IMG/VR virus record: IMGVR_UViG_3300023174_000036
Location: 248,001 to 312,000 of that record
Direction: 5' to 3' (one strand)
DNA: 64,000 bases
This document shows positions 63,555 to 64,000 of the stretch, piece by piece. Below the pieces are notes generated by a model that worked only from the letters and a program-made list of their open reading frames with translations, was not told the origin of the DNA and did not search any database. A program made the position numbers and the translations under genes. Within the stretch, counting starts at the first letter, position 1. Each line of letters opens with the position of its first letter.

Positions 63555-63902
63555 TCACAAGCCTAGGAACTTTAATACATGTGGAAAATTAATAGCGTTG
63601 ATCCAACCAGCACCTGCGGCAAATGCCAAACCTACCATGGCATACATGGTGTATTTGTTTTTGATCTTTTCTAAGCTGGTGATTTTGTCAGCTAGTTCTG
63701 CATGTTGCGTGTTACTGGCTGTGGCCATTTCACACAGTTTTGTGTCTAGCAAATCACGAGTGTTGTCTAGACAGTCGTGCATTTCTTTGACGCCTACTTT
63801 GAGTTCGTCAAGTTTTTCTTCTATTTGATGTACTTTGGTTTCAACTACTGCTACACGCTCTGGTAACAGTGCTAACTGTGCTACTGCTTCTTTTGTGGCC
63901 AT
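63555..63902 (-). CDS. Coiled-coil protein with C-terminal TM (holin/XhlA-like)
   Basis: Heptad pattern followed by hydrophobic C-terminus. Confidence 0.6.
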   Translation of the reverse strand: MATKEAVAQLALLPERVAVVETKVHQIEEKLDELKVGVKEMHDCLDNTRDLLDTKLCEMATASNTQHAELADKITSLEKIKNKYTMYAMVGLAFAAGAGWINAINFPHVLKFLGL

Positions 63903-64000
63903 TATTAGGCTTCTCCAATGTTATAAGTCAGGGACTCGCTCCGAGTCATGTGCCTAGTGTATGATTGAATGCCTAAGTGTTTACGTGGATAAATTGCCTA

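Noticed and set aside
63905-64000. Three TAGGCA repeats and a GACTC/GAGTC hairpin upstream of the last gene
   Set aside because: Cut by the window edge and too short to interpret

Overview
Segment of a large, AT-rich, T4-like/jumbo lytic phage genome. There is no integrase, rRNA or CRISPR. The host is probably a freshwater proteobacterium, with Betaproteobacteria inferred from the IscU, CspA, DnaK, rubrerythrin and two-piece tmRNA. Most genes are on the minus strand. Layout: (1) 1-12 kb and 16.5-22 kb, a modification island (7 Asp/Asn beta-hydroxylase-type plus 3 other 2OG-Fe(II) oxygenases, 2 radical SAMs, methyltransferase, adenylation enzyme, GNAT-like, kinase, SGNH-like proteins) and a tail-fibre gene; (2) 12-16 kb, phosphoesterase, PTP-like, TraR/DksA, P-loop kinase and a DUF2828 TROVE/VWA Ro60-like gene with structured ncRNAs directly upstream; (3) 16-28.8 kb, 29 tRNAs covering all 20 amino acids, interleaved with many unexplained structured RNAs and preceded by a leader-peptide attenuator; (4) 29-34.7 kb, rubredoxin/rubrerythrin, OMP, permuted tmRNA, CspA, desaturase; (5) 35-41 kb, secreted low-complexity proteins; (6) 41-57 kb, bilin reductase + heme oxygenase, ClpS, Hsp20, DnaK (the last two with ROSE-like leaders), MazG, bS21, SleB, IscA/IscU, PAAR, Grx, NrdAB; (7) 57-64 kb, structural genes and a nucleotidyltransferase. 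Best candidate for an undescribed system: the Ro60-like gene with a three-member family of Y-like RNAs (covarying stem plus ACAGCAA), two of which display anticodon loops identical to the phage's own tRNA-Lys(UUU) and tRNA-Ile(UAU). It lies next to putative RNA end-healing enzymes and an attenuator-controlled tRNA array. Two predicted -1 frameshifts were also found. All calls are by eye; no database searches were run.
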